Source: an uncultured Gemmatimonadales bacterium (GTDB lineage Bacteria > Gemmatimonadota > Gemmatimonadetes > Gemmatimonadales > GWC2-71-9). From it: 64,000 bases of DNA. Shown one piece after another: positions 34,194 through 44,488 of this stretch (position 1 is the stretch's first letter; the number at the start of each line of letters is the position of its first letter). The stretch is from the NCBI GenBank assembly GCA_963844035.1, contig CAWJMT010000003.1:341509-405508 (forward strand), in the 5' to 3' direction. The position numbers and the translations under genes were made by a program. Below the pieces are notes generated by a model. The model was not told the origin of the DNA, ran no database searches, and worked only from the letters and a program-made list of their open reading frames with translations.

Positions 34194-35370
34194 GCGTCGT
34201 CGAGGGCCGCGACCCCGGGGAGCGGCTTCCCTTCGAGAAACTCGAGCGATGCCCCACCACCCGTTGAGACGTGGGTGAACTTGTCCTCGAAGCCATGCAC
34301 GGCCGCGGCCGAATCGCCGCCTCCGACTACCGTGATCGCTCCCCGCTTACCCGCTTCGACCAGAGCTTCCGCCACCGCGCGGGTGCCCTGATCGAACGGC
34401 GGCGTCTCGAACACGCCCATCGGGCCGTTCCAGAAGATGGTTTTTGCCTTGAGGATGCGGCCGCGGAAATCGAGCCGCGTGGCCTTGTCGATGTCGAACG
34501 CCGCCGTGTCGGAAGGAATCTTGTCGGCAGCGACTTCCCGTTTCTCGGAGGCACGCTCGAGGCTCGGCGCCACGACGACACCCTTCGGCAGGATCAGCTT
34601 TGACCCCGCGCTGGCCATGAGGCTTTGTGCGAGCTCCACCTTGTCGCGCTCGATGAGCGACTTGCCGGTCGCGAAATCGAGGGCGAGGAAGAACGTGTTG
34701 GCCATCGCGCCGCCGATCAGGATCTGGTCGACGTGCGGGAGCAGCGACTCGATGACGTCGATCTTGCCGGAGATCTTGGCGCCGCCCAGCACCGCCACGT
34801 AGGGACGCTTGGGGTGCGTGAGCGCTTCGCCCAGATAGCGCAGCTCCTGCTCCACCAGCATCCCGGCCACCGCCGGCTTGAGCAGATGCGCCACCGCCTC
34901 GGTGGACGCGTGCGCGCGGTGTGCTGAGCCGAACGCGTCGTTGACAAAGAAGTCACCCAGCTCGGCCAGCTGCCGGGCCAGCGCCGGGTCGTTCTTTTCT
35001 TCACCGGGCCAGAAGCGGGTGTTCTCGACCAGCGCGACGCCGCCCCGCGGCAGGCGACGGGTCACGCTCGCGCCCAGGCTCAGGTCGGGATGAACTCCAC
35101 CGGCGCGCCGAGCAGAGACTCGAGCGACTTGACGATCTGCGCCAGCGAGAATGCGGGCTCGGGGCCGCCCTTGGGCCGGCCCAGGTGCGAGAGCAAGACG
35201 ACGCGCGCCCCCTTCTCCCGCAGGTACCGAATGGTGGGGAGCGCGGCGCGGATGCGCGTGTCGTCGGTGACGCGACCGTCTTTGAGCGGGACGTTGAAAT
35301 CCACCCGCACCAGCGCCCGCTTGCCGTCCAGCGCCCCGGGCGGCAGGTCCCGCAGCGAACGTTTGCTCAC
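34190..35370 (-). CDS. pgk: Phosphoglycerate kinase, frameshift near 35088
   Basis: [42 protein letters not shown] and STGGGASLE. Confidence 0.96.
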
Positions 35371-36374
35371 CGGCTCGCGATGTAGGCGAGGAGGTCGACG
35401 CAGCGCGCCGAGTACCCCATCTCGTTGTCGTACCACGAGGAGACGTGGATCATGTTGCCGTCCACCACGTTGGTGGACATTGAGTCCACGACGCTCGAGA
35501 ACAGGCTCCCGATGTAGTCGGACGACACGAGCGGCTCGTCGCACACATCGAGGACGCCTTTCAGCGCTCCTTGCGATGCCTTCTTGAATGCGGCGTTGAT
35601 TTCCTCGATCGTGGTCTTCTTCTCGACTTCGGCGGTCAGGTCCACGAGGGAGACGTCGGGTGTCGGAACGCGGAGCGCGATGCCGTCGATTTTTCCCTTC
35701 ACTTCGGGAATGACCAGGCTCGTCGCCTTGGCGGCGCCGGTGCTGGTCGGAATGATGTTCAGTGCGGCCGCGCGGGCACGGCGCAGATCCTTGTGCGGCA
35801 GGTCCTGCACGTTCTGGTCGTTGGTGTAGCTGTGGACAGTGGTCATGAAGCCGTGGCGGAAGCCCCAGTTATCGATGACGACGCGGACCACCGGCACCAG
35901 ACAGTTCGTCGTGCACGACGCATTGGAAATGATCTTGTGCTTGGCGGGATCGTATTTCTGGTGATTCACGCCCATGACGATGGTGATGTCCTCGCCCTTG
36001 GCCGGTGCCGAGATGACGACGGTCTTCGCGCCTGCCGTGAGGTGCTTGGCGGCGGCGTCCCGATCGGTGAATCGCCCCGTGGACTCGAGCACGATGTCGA
36101 CCCCGAGATCACGCCAGGGAAGTTTCTCCGGCTCCTTGATGGCAGTCACCTTGATGACCTTGCCGTCCACTACCAGGGCATCCTGGCGGACCTCGACGCT
36201 CGCGGGAAACCGGCCGTGCACCGAGTCGTATTTCAGCAGGTGCGCCAGCGTGTTGGGGTCGGTAATGTCGTTCACCGCGACGAACTCGACGGCCGTCTGC
36301 TTCATCTTCAGCGCGGCGCGTATGACATTTCTCCCGATGCGACCGAACCCGTTGATCCCAACCCGAACGGCCAT
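35367..36374 (-). CDS. gap: Glyceraldehyde-3-phosphate dehydrogenase, type I
   Basis: [20 protein letters not shown] and WYDNEMGYS. Confidence 0.97.
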   Translation of the reverse strand: MAVRVGINGFGRIGRNVIRAALKMKQTAVEFVAVNDITDPNTLAHLLKYDSVHGRFPASVEVRQDALVVDGKVIKVTAIKEPEKLPWRDLGVDIVLESTGRFTDRDAAAKHLTAGAKTVVISAPAKGEDITIVMGVNHQKYDPAKHKIISNASCTTNCLVPVVRVVIDNWGFRHGFMTTVHSYTNDQNVQDLPHKDLRRARAAALNIIPTSTGAAKATSLVIPEVKGKIDGIALRVPTPDVSLVDLTAEVEKKTTIEEINAAFKKASQGALKGVLDVCDEPLVSSDYIGSLFSSVVDSMSTNVVDGNMIHVSSWYDNEMGYSARCVDLLAYIASR

Positions 36375-36384
36375 GCGGCACTCC

Positions 36385-37135
36385 TTATGTGAAATCGGGG
36401 ATGACGGCTCGCCCGAACGTGACGGCCATGATGGACCGGGCACCAGCGTCCTGCAAGGCCCGGGCCGCCGCCGCTAGGGTTGCGCCCGTCGTGAAAACAT
36501 CGTCCACGAGCACCAATGTGGAATGCGGAATGGGGAATGCGGAATGTTTGGGGAGAAGCGTCATTCCGCATTCCGCATTCCCCACTCCGCACTTGAAACG
36601 CCCCCGCCACATTCGCTAGGCGCAAGGCCGGTGTCAACGCCGTCTGCGTTGCCGTATCGCGGGTGCGCACGAGGAGTTCGCGGACCGGGCACCCCCACCG
36701 GGGGGCAAGATGGCGGGCGAGGCGCTCGCTCTGGTTGTACCCCCGAGCCCGTAGCCGCCGCGCCGCCAACGGGATCGGAACGAGGGTAGCGGCTGCGATA
36801 TCGGGAAGGGAGACCCGCGCCATTGCGGCCGTGAGGTCGCCCGCGATCCGCGGCAGGCCGCCGTATTTGAGCGCGTGGACGGCACTACGTGCGGCGGCAT
36901 CGAGCCAGACCGCCGATCTGGCGCAGTGCAGCGCCTCTGGCCAATCGTGGCAGATACGACACAGCCCGAACGAGGGCTCCGGCTGGCCGCAGCGCGCGCA
37001 CCAGGGGGGAACGACGGGACGCCAGCGATGCCGGCACACCTGGCAGACGAGGGTGGCCGAGCGGTCGAACGGGAGCAGACTGTGGCACAATAGACATTCA
37101 GCCGGCAGGACGAGCTGCTCGAAGGCGCTACGCAC
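36385..37135 (-). CDS. comF: ComF-family protein (double zinc ribbon plus PRTase), frameshift in or beside the internal repeat
   Basis: Four CxxC motifs, ALKY, RGYNQS, NVAGAF, then [11 protein letters not shown] in another frame. Confidence 0.88.
36515..36593. repeat. Heptamer-arm hairpin (AATGCGG units) inside comF
   Basis: AATGTGG AATGCGG AATGGGG AATGCGG AATG, 15-nt loop, CATT CCGCATT CCGCATT CCCCACT CCGCACT. Confidence 0.9.
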
Positions 37136-37949
37136 GCAAGGCGTGATTGACCGCCGCCCGCATCACCTCCATCGGTGCATCGGCTCCTGGGAAGAAGTGA
37201 ACGAAGGCCGCGGCCCCCTGCTGGACCAGCACCTCCCGGCCGTCCTGAACGGTGACCCCGGTTGCCCGTAATAGGCGTACCCAGCGGGTTTCCCCAGGCG
37301 CGTAGACGAGGTCCAACGCAGCCTCCAGACCCCGAATGCGCGACATGTCGAGGGGCAGCGGGTCCGTCTCTTTCAGCCCGAGCGGTGTGGCATTGATGGC
37401 CACCTCCGGCGCCACGTCCCCGCGGGCGGGATGCGCGTCTGCGCCGCGGGCTTTGGCCCAGGCGACGAACTGGTCGGCCCGGGCGGGATCGCGCGACAGC
37501 ACGTACAGCGCTGCGCGCGCATCAGCGGCGGCAACCGCCACGGCGCGGGCGCTGCCGCCCGTGCCGATCAGGAGCCACTTTGCAGCGCGGTCCGCGCCGA
37601 GCTGTCGGAGCGACGCGAGCACGCCCGCCACGTCGGTGTTGTCCCCTACCAGCTGTCCCTGATCACTCCAGAACGTATTGCACGCGCCGACACGCGCGCA
37701 CAGATCTGTTTTGCGCGTAAGACATCGTTCTGCCGCCTCTTTGTGCGGCACGGTGACGTTGCCCGCGGCACCGATCGCCGCGCATGCGGAGAGCAGCGAA
37801 GGGACCGAGGCGGCGGGGCAGCGCAGCGCCACGTACACGGCGTCCAAGCCCAGCGCCCGGCAGGCGGCGTTGTGCATCGCCGGCGAGAGCGAGTGCTGCA
37901 CCGGATCGCCGATCACCGCCAGCAGGCGGGTCTTAGCGCTGATCTCCAC
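37128..37949 (-). CDS. aroE: Shikimate dehydrogenase
   Basis: HSLSPAMHN, NVTVPHK, GACNT, NTD, GTGGSA, NATPLG and DLVY. Confidence 0.95.
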   Translation of the reverse strand: MEISAKTRLLAVIGDPVQHSLSPAMHNAACRALGLDAVYVALRCPAASVPSLLSACAAIGAAGNVTVPHKEAAERCLTRKTDLCARVGACNTFWSDQGQLVGDNTDVAGVLASLRQLGADRAAKWLLIGTGGSARAVAVAAADARAALYVLSRDPARADQFVAWAKARGADAHPARGDVAPEVAINATPLGLKETDPLPLDMSRIRGLEAALDLVYAPGETRWVRLLRATGVTVQDGREVLVQQGAAAFVHFFPGADAPMEVMRAAVNHALRA

Positions 37950-38409
37950 GTCCCGCTTCGGTCACAATGCGGTCCACTGCGGTGGCGACCAGCGCCGTCA
38001 GCTCGACGCAGGTGTCGCGATACACGTTGAGGTCGCCCCCGAATGGGTCGCTCACTTCCGCGCTCTCGCCCGTGCGACCGGCGTATTCGCCGAACACGAA
38101 CACGTGGCCCTGGCCGCCGAGCTCATCAACACGAGCGCGGTGGTGGCGTGCCATGGTCAGAATGAGGTCCGAGCGCTCGACCAGGTCGCGCGTGAGCAGC
38201 CGCGCGCGGTGCGCCGACAGATCCAGCCCCTGCTCCAGGGCGACCAGATAGGCGCCTTCCGATACCGGCGCACCATCCCACGCCCCGGTTCCTGCCGACG
38301 ACACCTCGATTTCCTGCACCCCGCGATCCGCGAGCGCGCGCTGCAGCAGCGCAGCCGCCAATGGGCTGCGGCAGATGTTGCCGGTGCATACCAACAGAAT
38401 CCGTTTCAT
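37933..38409 (-). CDS. Low-molecular-weight protein phosphatase (LMW-PTP/YwlE family)
   Basis: VCTGNICRSP and VSDPFGG. Confidence 0.92.
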   Translation of the reverse strand: MKRILLVCTGNICRSPLAAALLQRALADRGVQEIEVSSAGTGAWDGAPVSEGAYLVALEQGLDLSAHRARLLTRDLVERSDLILTMARHHRARVDELGGQGHVFVFGEYAGRTGESAEVSDPFGGDLNVYRDTCVELTALVATAVDRIVTEAGRGDQR

Positions 38410-38413
38410 GGAA

Positions 38414-39067
38414 TCATGGGGCGAGCGAGCCCGCCGCGCGCCGCAGCTCGGCAACTGTAATCGCGCCTTCGCGCACCAGGCGGGGAGGTGTCTGGGTGCA
38501 GTCGACAATCGTAGACGACGGCGAGTTGCCGAGCACGCCCCCATCCAGCACGAGGAGCTGCCCCCGCTCCACCGCGGCCGCGAAATCGCGCACGATCGCG
38601 TCGGCTCCCGGGGCCGGCGGCTGCCCGGGAAGATTGGCGGAGGTGGAGGTCAACGGGTGGTCGAGCGCGGAGACCAGGCGCGCGATGGCGCGATGCGACG
38701 TCCACCGCACGGCGATCCCGCCCTCGGGCCCCCGCAACTCGTCGGGCAGCCGTCCGCCGCCGCCCGGCAACACGAGGGTCAGCGGACCGGGCCAGAACGC
38801 GCGCGCCAGGGCGTTCGCTCCGTCGCCGAAGGCCAGGCCCTGCTCCTCCGCCATCGGCCGGCCGCTCACCAACAACAGAAACGGCTTGTCCGCGCGGCGC
38901 CCCTTCAGTCGGGCCAGGGCCCGCACGTCTTCGACCCGCGGCGTGGATCCCAGCCCGTACACCGTTTCGGTGGGATAGGCCAGCAGTCCTCCCCCCTTGA
39001 GGTGCGCCACGACGCGCGGAAGCGCCGCCTCGACCTCGGCGGTGGTGGTGAACGGAATCGCAATCAC
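38414..39067 (-). CDS. tsaC: L-threonylcarbamoyladenylate synthase (YrdC domain only)
   Basis: YPTETVYGL, LKGR...KP, FWPGPLT, STSAN and SSTIVD. Confidence 0.93.
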   Translation of the reverse strand: MIAIPFTTTAEVEAALPRVVAHLKGGGLLAYPTETVYGLGSTPRVEDVRALARLKGRRADKPFLLLVSGRPMAEEQGLAFGDGANALARAFWPGPLTLVLPGGGGRLPDELRGPEGGIAVRWTSHRAIARLVSALDHPLTSTSANLPGQPPAPGADAIVRDFAAAVERGQLLVLDGGVLGNSPSSTIVDCTQTPPRLVREGAITVAELRRAAGSLAP

Positions 39068-39771
39068 GGGAGCTCACGGGCGAACGCTTCGGCAAGACGA
39101 AAGTCATCAGCGGTCGTCACCTTCAGGTTGTGCGCAGAGTCCGCGACAACGTTGACCGGAAACCCCGCGCGCTCGCACAGCTCCGCGTCATCGGTGGGCG
39201 GCGGATCGTCGCCCCGCAACCGGCCGTAGGCGGCCTCGAGCATCGGCCGGGGGAATCCCTGCGGTGTTTGCGCACGCCAGAGTGTGTCGCGCGCCACGGT
39301 GCGTGCGATCCGGGCGCCCTGGCCGATCTGCTTGATCGTGTCACTCATCGGCACCGCCGCCACCGCGCCCACACCGCTCCGGGCGCAGGCGATCACCGCG
39401 TCGATCGTTTCCCGGCTGACGAACGGGCGGGCCGCGTCATGGACCAGGACGATCTGTACGTCCGGGGTGAGCGCGCCCAGTGCGGCGCGCACGGAGTCCG
39501 CACGCGTGGCACCGCCGGTCACGAACGCCACCCGCTCGCCGCGCACGGCGCGGAGCCACTCGGGAGGATCGTCGGCAATCCCTGCCGGCAGTGCGATGGT
39601 CACGCGCGCGACTTCGGGGTGTGAGGTGAACGGGCGCAGGGCGCGCAGCAGCAGCGGGACGCCGGCGATGGATCGGAACTGCTTCGGCTCGCCCGACCCG
39701 GCGCGCACGCCCGCGCCGGCGGCGACGATGACGACCCCGACTTCAAGCGGCGAGGCGGCGCGCGAGCTCAC
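39064..39771 (-). CDS. ispD: 2-C-methyl-D-erythritol 4-phosphate cytidylyltransferase
   Basis: AAGAGVR...KQF, GGATRADSV, VHDAARP, AQTPQGF and NLKVTT. Confidence 0.95.
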   Translation of the reverse strand: MSSRAASPLEVGVVIVAAGAGVRAGSGEPKQFRSIAGVPLLLRALRPFTSHPEVARVTIALPAGIADDPPEWLRAVRGERVAFVTGGATRADSVRAALGALTPDVQIVLVHDAARPFVSRETIDAVIACARSGVGAVAAVPMSDTIKQIGQGARIARTVARDTLWRAQTPQGFPRPMLEAAYGRLRGDDPPPTDDAELCERAGFPVNVVADSAHNLKVTTADDFRLAEAFARELP

Positions 39772-41104
39772 CGATTCCTTCCATCCCCACCACTTCGATT
39801 CCCTCCGCCGTTACCCGTGTTCGGGCACTGACAAACGCACGCCGGAACCCCTGGCGCGACGCCTCCGCGAGCCGGCGCTCGACACCCACGACCGGGCGAA
39901 TCTCCCCGCCCAGGCCCACTTCCCCCAGGAACAGTGCGTCGGCCGGGACGGGGCGGTCGTGCACACTGGACACCAGGGCCGCCAGCACGGCCAGATCGGT
40001 TGAGGGCTCGAGCAGTCGCATGCCGCCGGTCACATTCACGAACACGTCGAGGTTCCCGAACGGCAGCGAGCCGCGCCGTTCCAGGACCGCGAGCAGCAGC
40101 GCCAGCCGGCGTTGATCGAGGCCGGTGGCCACGCGTTGCGGCGTGCCGAATCCCGCCTTGGTCGCGAGCGCCTGAATTTCGACCAGCATCGGACGGCTGC
40201 CCTCGAGCAGTGCCGTGACGGCCGAGCCCGACACGCCGGTCACGCGGCTCGCCAGAAACGCCGCCGCTGGATCGGGGACCGGGTCGAGGCCCGTCCCGGT
40301 CATCCGGAACACACCGATCTCATCCACCGACCCGAACCGGTTCTTTACCGCGCGCAGGATGCGGTGATCGAGCGTCGCTTCGCCCTCGAAATAGAGGACC
40401 GTATCCACGATGTGTTCGAGCGTGCGCGGCCCCGCGATCCCACCCCCCTTGGTGACGTGCCCCACGAGCAGCACCGCCGGCCCCGCCTCCTTCGCGAACC
40501 GCATGAGGCGGGCGGCGCACTCGCGCACCTGGCCCACATTTCCGGGCGCGCCCTCGAGCGCGTCGGTGAAGCTCGTCTGGATCGAGTCGACGATGACGAC
40601 GCGCGCGCTCACCGCCTCGGCGTGGGCGATCATCGCCTCGATGCGGGTCTCGCCCAGGACGTGCACCTGCCCGGCATCGTCTGACAGGCGGTCGGCGCGC
40701 AGCCGCAGCTGGTGGGGCGACTCCTCGCCCGAGACGTACAGCGTCGCGACGCCCGCGGCCTCGAGCCGCGCCGCGCATTGCAACAAGAGGGTGGACTTGC
40801 CGATGCCCGGTTCGCCCCCGATCAGCACAACGGATCCCGGCACGATGCCGCCGCCCAGCACGAAGTCGAACTCCTTGAGCCCGGTGCGCCAGCGGGAGAG
40901 GTCTCCCCCTCCCTCGACGGCGGACAGGCGGACGGGCGGTCGGCCGGTCAAGTCACCCGACCGCCTGACCGCCCGACCGCCGGACCGCCCGATTGGCTCC
41001 TCCACCATCGTGTTCCAAGCGCCGCACGCTTCGCAGCGGCCGGACCATTTGGGCTGTTCCGCGCCGCAGTCGCTGCAGCGAAACACGGAGTGGGCCTTAG
41101 CCAC
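39743..41104 (-). CDS. radA: DNA repair protein RadA/Sms
   Basis: C4 zinc finger, GEPGIGKS, KNRFG and a Lon-like C-terminus. Confidence 0.97.
   Translation of the reverse strand: MAKAHSVFRCSDCGAEQPKWSGRCEACGAWNTMVEEPIGRSGGRAVRRSGDLTGRPPVRLSAVEGGGDLSRWRTGLKEFDFVLGGGIVPGSVVLIGGEPGIGKSTLLLQCAARLEAAGVATLYVSGEESPHQLRLRADRLSDDAGQVHVLGETRIEAMIAHAEAVSARVVIVDSIQTSFTDALEGAPGNVGQVRECAARLMRFAKEAGPAVLLVGHVTKGGGIAGPRTLEHIVDTVLYFEGEATLDHRILRAVKNRFGSVDEIGVFRMTGTGLDPVPDPAAAFLASRVTGVSGSAVTALLEGSRPMLVEIQALATKAGFGTPQRVATGLDQRRLALLLAVLERRGSLPFGNLDVFVNVTGGMRLLEPSTDLAVLAALVSSVHDRPVPADALFLGEVGLGGEIRPVVGVERRLAEASRQGFRRAFVSARTRVTAEGIEVVGMEGIGELARRLAA
40919..40989. repeat. Octamer-arm hairpin (GGCGGWCN units), in frame inside radA
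   Basis: GGCGGACA GGCGGACG GGCGGTCG GCCGGTCA, 7-nt loop, CGACCGCC TGACCGCC CGACCGCC GGACCGCC. Confidence 0.9.
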
Positions 41105-42503
41105 GGGCGGCGTCGGGCGGGGCGTCGCGGGTCGTGCGGTTATCGAACCGGGTGTACTCCTTCTTGAAGTACAGCGGCACCGTCCCGGTGGGGCCGTTGC
41201 GCTGCTTGCCGACGATCAACTCGGCGAGGCCCTCGATGTTGTTGCCATCCTTGTCGGTGGAGCCGTCGTACATCTCCTGGCGGAAGATAAACATGACGAC
41301 GTCGGCGTCCTGCTCGATCGCGCCCGACTCGCGCAGGTCCGACAACTGGGGCTTGTGGTCCCCGGCGCGTTGGTCGGGCGCGCGCGAGAGCTGTGACAGC
41401 GCGACGACGGGGATATCCAGCTCCTTGGCCAGCGCCTTGAGCGACCGGGAGATCTGCGAGATCTCCTGCTGGCGGCTTTCGGCATCGCTCGGCCCCTGCA
41501 TCAGCTGCAGGTAGTCCACGACGATCATGCCGATGTTGTGATCCGCCTTGAGGCGGCGGGCCTTGGAGCGCATCGCCAGCGGCGTGATGGCCGCCGAGTC
41601 GTCGATCCAGATCGGCGCCGTCCCGAGCAGGCCGGCCGCGCGCGCCAGCTTGGGGTAGTCGTCGTCGCGCAGCTGGCCGCGCCGCAAGCGCTGCGCGTCC
41701 ACCAGCCCCTCGGAGCAGAGCAGGCGCTGCACCAGCTGGTCCTTGGACATTTCGAGCGAGAAGATGCCGACGCCGATGTTGTGCTCGATGGCGGCGTGCT
41801 GGATCACATTCAGAATCAGCGCGGTCTTTCCCATCGACGGGCGGGCGGCCACGATGATCAAGTCGGCGCGCTGGAAGCCCGCGGTCAGGCGGTCCAGGTC
41901 CACGAACCCGCTCGGGACCCCGGTCACGGCGCCGGCTCCGCTCTGGAGCTGCTCGATGCGCTCCATCGTGGGCCAGATCAGCTCCTTCAGCCGGATGAAC
42001 TCCTCCGTGCGCCGGAGCTGCGCCACCTGGAAGATGCGGTGCTCCGCGTTGTCCAGCACATCGCTGGGCATGCCGCGGCCTTCATACGCTTCCTGGACGA
42101 TGGCGGTGGCGGCTTCGATCAACCGCCGCAGCAGCGCCTTGTCGCGTACGATGCGCCCGTGGTACTCGATGTTGGCGGCGGTCGGCACGACGTCGATGAG
42201 GGAGCCGATGTACTCCATGCCGCCGACCCGATCGAGGTCACCGCGCTTGACCAGCTCGTCGCGCAGCGTCACCGGATCCACGACGTCGCCGCGCTCGGTG
42301 AGGGTGGTCATGGCACGGAACAACAGCCGGTGTCCCTCGCGATAGAACATCGTATCGTCGAGGACTTCCGCCGCCTTCAGGGCGGCGTCTTGATCGAGCA
42401 GCATGGCGCCGAGCACCGCCTGCTCCGCTTCGTTGCTCCACGGAGCCTGGCGGCCGGCGTACTCGCGTTCAGTCGAGGAGACGGCGGGCGATACGGACGT
42501 CAT
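41097..42503 (-). CDS. dnaB: Replicative DNA helicase
   Basis: EAEQAVLG, ARPSMGKT, VVDYLQL, LSQLSR, DLRESGAIEQDAD and KQRNGPTG; no intein. Confidence 0.97.
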   Translation of the reverse strand: MTSVSPAVSSTEREYAGRQAPWSNEAEQAVLGAMLLDQDAALKAAEVLDDTMFYREGHRLLFRAMTTLTERGDVVDPVTLRDELVKRGDLDRVGGMEYIGSLIDVVPTAANIEYHGRIVRDKALLRRLIEAATAIVQEAYEGRGMPSDVLDNAEHRIFQVAQLRRTEEFIRLKELIWPTMERIEQLQSGAGAVTGVPSGFVDLDRLTAGFQRADLIIVAARPSMGKTALILNVIQHAAIEHNIGVGIFSLEMSKDQLVQRLLCSEGLVDAQRLRRGQLRDDDYPKLARAAGLLGTAPIWIDDSAAITPLAMRSKARRLKADHNIGMIVVDYLQLMQGPSDAESRQQEISQISRSLKALAKELDIPVVALSQLSRAPDQRAGDHKPQLSDLRESGAIEQDADVVMFIFRQEMYDGSTDKDGNNIEGLAELIVGKQRNGPTGTVPLYFKKEYTRFDNRTTRDAPPDAARG

Positions 42504-43298
42504 CCCAGGTCGGTCGCTTCCAATTGGGGTTCCGGAGCAGTGCAGCTGGATGGTAGGTAACAATAACCGGGATGCCGCGGAACCGGTGGATATGGTTGCG
42601 CATGGATCCGAGCGACTGCTTGGCGTTCAAGAGCGTCTGCGCCGCCGTGTTGCCCATGGCCAGAATCACCTTGGGCTTGAGGATGTCGAGCTGACGGTGC
42701 AGGTACGGGAGGCAGGCGGCGATCTCGTCGAATTGTGGCTGGCGGTTCTCCGGCGGCCGGCACTTCACGACGTTGCAGATGAACACCCGTTCCCGCGGCA
42801 GGTCGATCGCCGCGAGGATCTTGGTGAGCAGCTCGCCGGCGCGCCCGACGAACGGGCGGCCGGTTTCGTCCTCGACTTGGCCCGGCCCTTCTCCCACAAC
42901 GACCAGTCTGCGCGTTGTCCGCGCCCTCCCCCGGGCACGGTGTTGGTACGCCGTTCGCACAACCGGCACTTGGTGCAGCCGGACACGAGCGTGGCGATCG
43001 CGCTCAGCGTTGCCGCTTGGCCGATAGGATCGGTCGCGAACAAGTCGCGCGAGGGTGGATCGTAGGAAATGCCGGGAGGGGGGAGATCGGGATCGGCGGT
43101 CTGGCGGTCAGCCGGTCTGGCGGTCAACGGCTCCGATGGCGTGGCCGCCCGACCGCCCGACCGCCCGTCCGCCTCAGGGCCCGCCTGACCGGCTGACCGC
43201 CCGTCCGCCCCGGAAGCATCCGGCAGGATCACCGGATCTCCTCCCAGCAGCCGCTGCTGTTGCAGGTAAGCCCGTGCTAGAGACCGCCCGTCGCTCAC
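42469..43298 (-). CDS. Family-4 uracil-DNA glycosylase, indels near 42910-42932
   Basis: CTKCRLC, GEGPG...EDETGRPFVG, NVVKCRPP and TYHPAALLR. Confidence 0.92.
43095..43209. repeat. Octamer-arm hairpin with a duplicated arm, in frame inside the udg N-terminal linker
   Basis: Four G(G/C)CGGTCW units (43095-43126), 15-nt loop, then two blocks of four NGWCCGCC-like units (43142-43173 and 43178-43209). Confidence 0.88.
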
Positions 43299-44488
43299 GA
43301 GAGCGTTTGCTCCACCTCGTCGAGGATTCGTTCCGCTACGTCGCGCTTCGACAGGAGCGGCAGCGCGAGTGACGCACCGCTCTTGCGCACGATCGTCACC
43401 CGATTCGTAGCGACCTCGAACCCCGCGCCGGGCTCGAGCGCGTCGTTCAAGATGACCAGATCAAGCGCCTTATCTTGCAGCTTCCGGCGCGCGTGCGCAA
43501 CGCCGTCGCCGCCTGCCTCGAGCGCAAACCCCACCACGATGCACCCCGGCGGGCGCTCCAGCGAACGCAGGATATCGGGAGTCGGCTGCAGCTCGATGGT
43601 GATCGTCCCCTCGGCGCGCGGGCGCTTGATCGGCGCGCTGACCACGGGACGATAGTCCGCGGGCGCCGCGGCCATGATCAGCACGTCCGCCCGCTTCACC
43701 AGGGATTGCACCGCACGCTGCATCTCCTCGGTCGTCTCGACGCGATGCACCGTGGCGCCCCCGGGAAGTGGCAACGCCGTCGGCCCGGTGACGAGCACCA
43801 CCTCGCCGCCGCGCGCGCTGACCGCCTCAGCGAGGGCGTAGCCGGTGCGCCCGCTCGACGGGTTCGTGATCACCCGGACTGGATCGATGTGCTCACGCGT
43901 GGGACCGGCCGTGATCAGCACGTGCTTGCCTTTGAGGGGACCTTCGGGGGCGAGGAGCCGTGCCGCGGCTGCGAGGATGGCCTCGGGCTCACTCATCCGG
44001 CCCGGCTGGGTGCTCGGACCCTCGGCGAGGGCGCCGACATCGGGGCCGACAAAGTGCCAACCCCGGCTCGCGAGCAGTTTCAAGTTGGCCACGCTCGCGG
44101 GGTGCGCGTACATCGCGTCGTTCATCGCGGGCGCGCACAACACCGGACCGGTGCGGGCAAGGAGCAGCGCGGCCAGCAGATCGTCCGCCATTCCCTGGGC
44201 CGCGCGTGCGAGCAGCTGGGCCGTGGCGGGCGCGAGGATCACGAGGTCCGTGTCCTTGGCGAGGCCGATATGCGCGAGCGCCCGGCCCCGCTCCCACAGG
44301 GAGGTCAGGACCGGGCGCCCGGTCAACGCCTCGAACACCACCGGCCGCACGAACTCACCGGCGGCGGCCGTGAGGACTACAGCGACATCCGCACCCTCTT
44401 CGGTGAGTCGTCGGGCAAGCGTGCAGCTCTTGTAGCTCGCAATCCCGCCCGACACGCCGAGGACGACGCGGCGGCCGGTCAGCCGCAT
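43295..44488 (-). CDS. coaBC: Phosphopantothenoylcysteine decarboxylase/ligase
   Basis: GVSGGIASYK, APAMN, TAGPTREHIDPVR, NPSSG, AAAPADY and VGFALE. Confidence 0.96.
   Translation of the reverse strand: MRLTGRRVVLGVSGGIASYKSCTLARRLTEEGADVAVVLTAAAGEFVRPVVFEALTGRPVLTSLWERGRALAHIGLAKDTDLVILAPATAQLLARAAQGMADDLLAALLLARTGPVLCAPAMNDAMYAHPASVANLKLLASRGWHFVGPDVGALAEGPSTQPGRMSEPEAILAAAARLLAPEGPLKGKHVLITAGPTREHIDPVRVITNPSSGRTGYALAEAVSARGGEVVLVTGPTALPLPGGATVHRVETTEEMQRAVQSLVKRADVLIMAAAPADYRPVVSAPIKRPRAEGTITIELQPTPDILRSLERPPGCIVVGFALEAGGDGVAHARRKLQDKALDLVILNDALEPGAGFEVATNRVTIVRKSGASLALPLLSKRDVAERILDEVEQTLS

Noticed and set aside
31964..39771. carA without carB and ispD without ispF
   Set aside because: Split locations are common; the partners may lie elsewhere in the genome.
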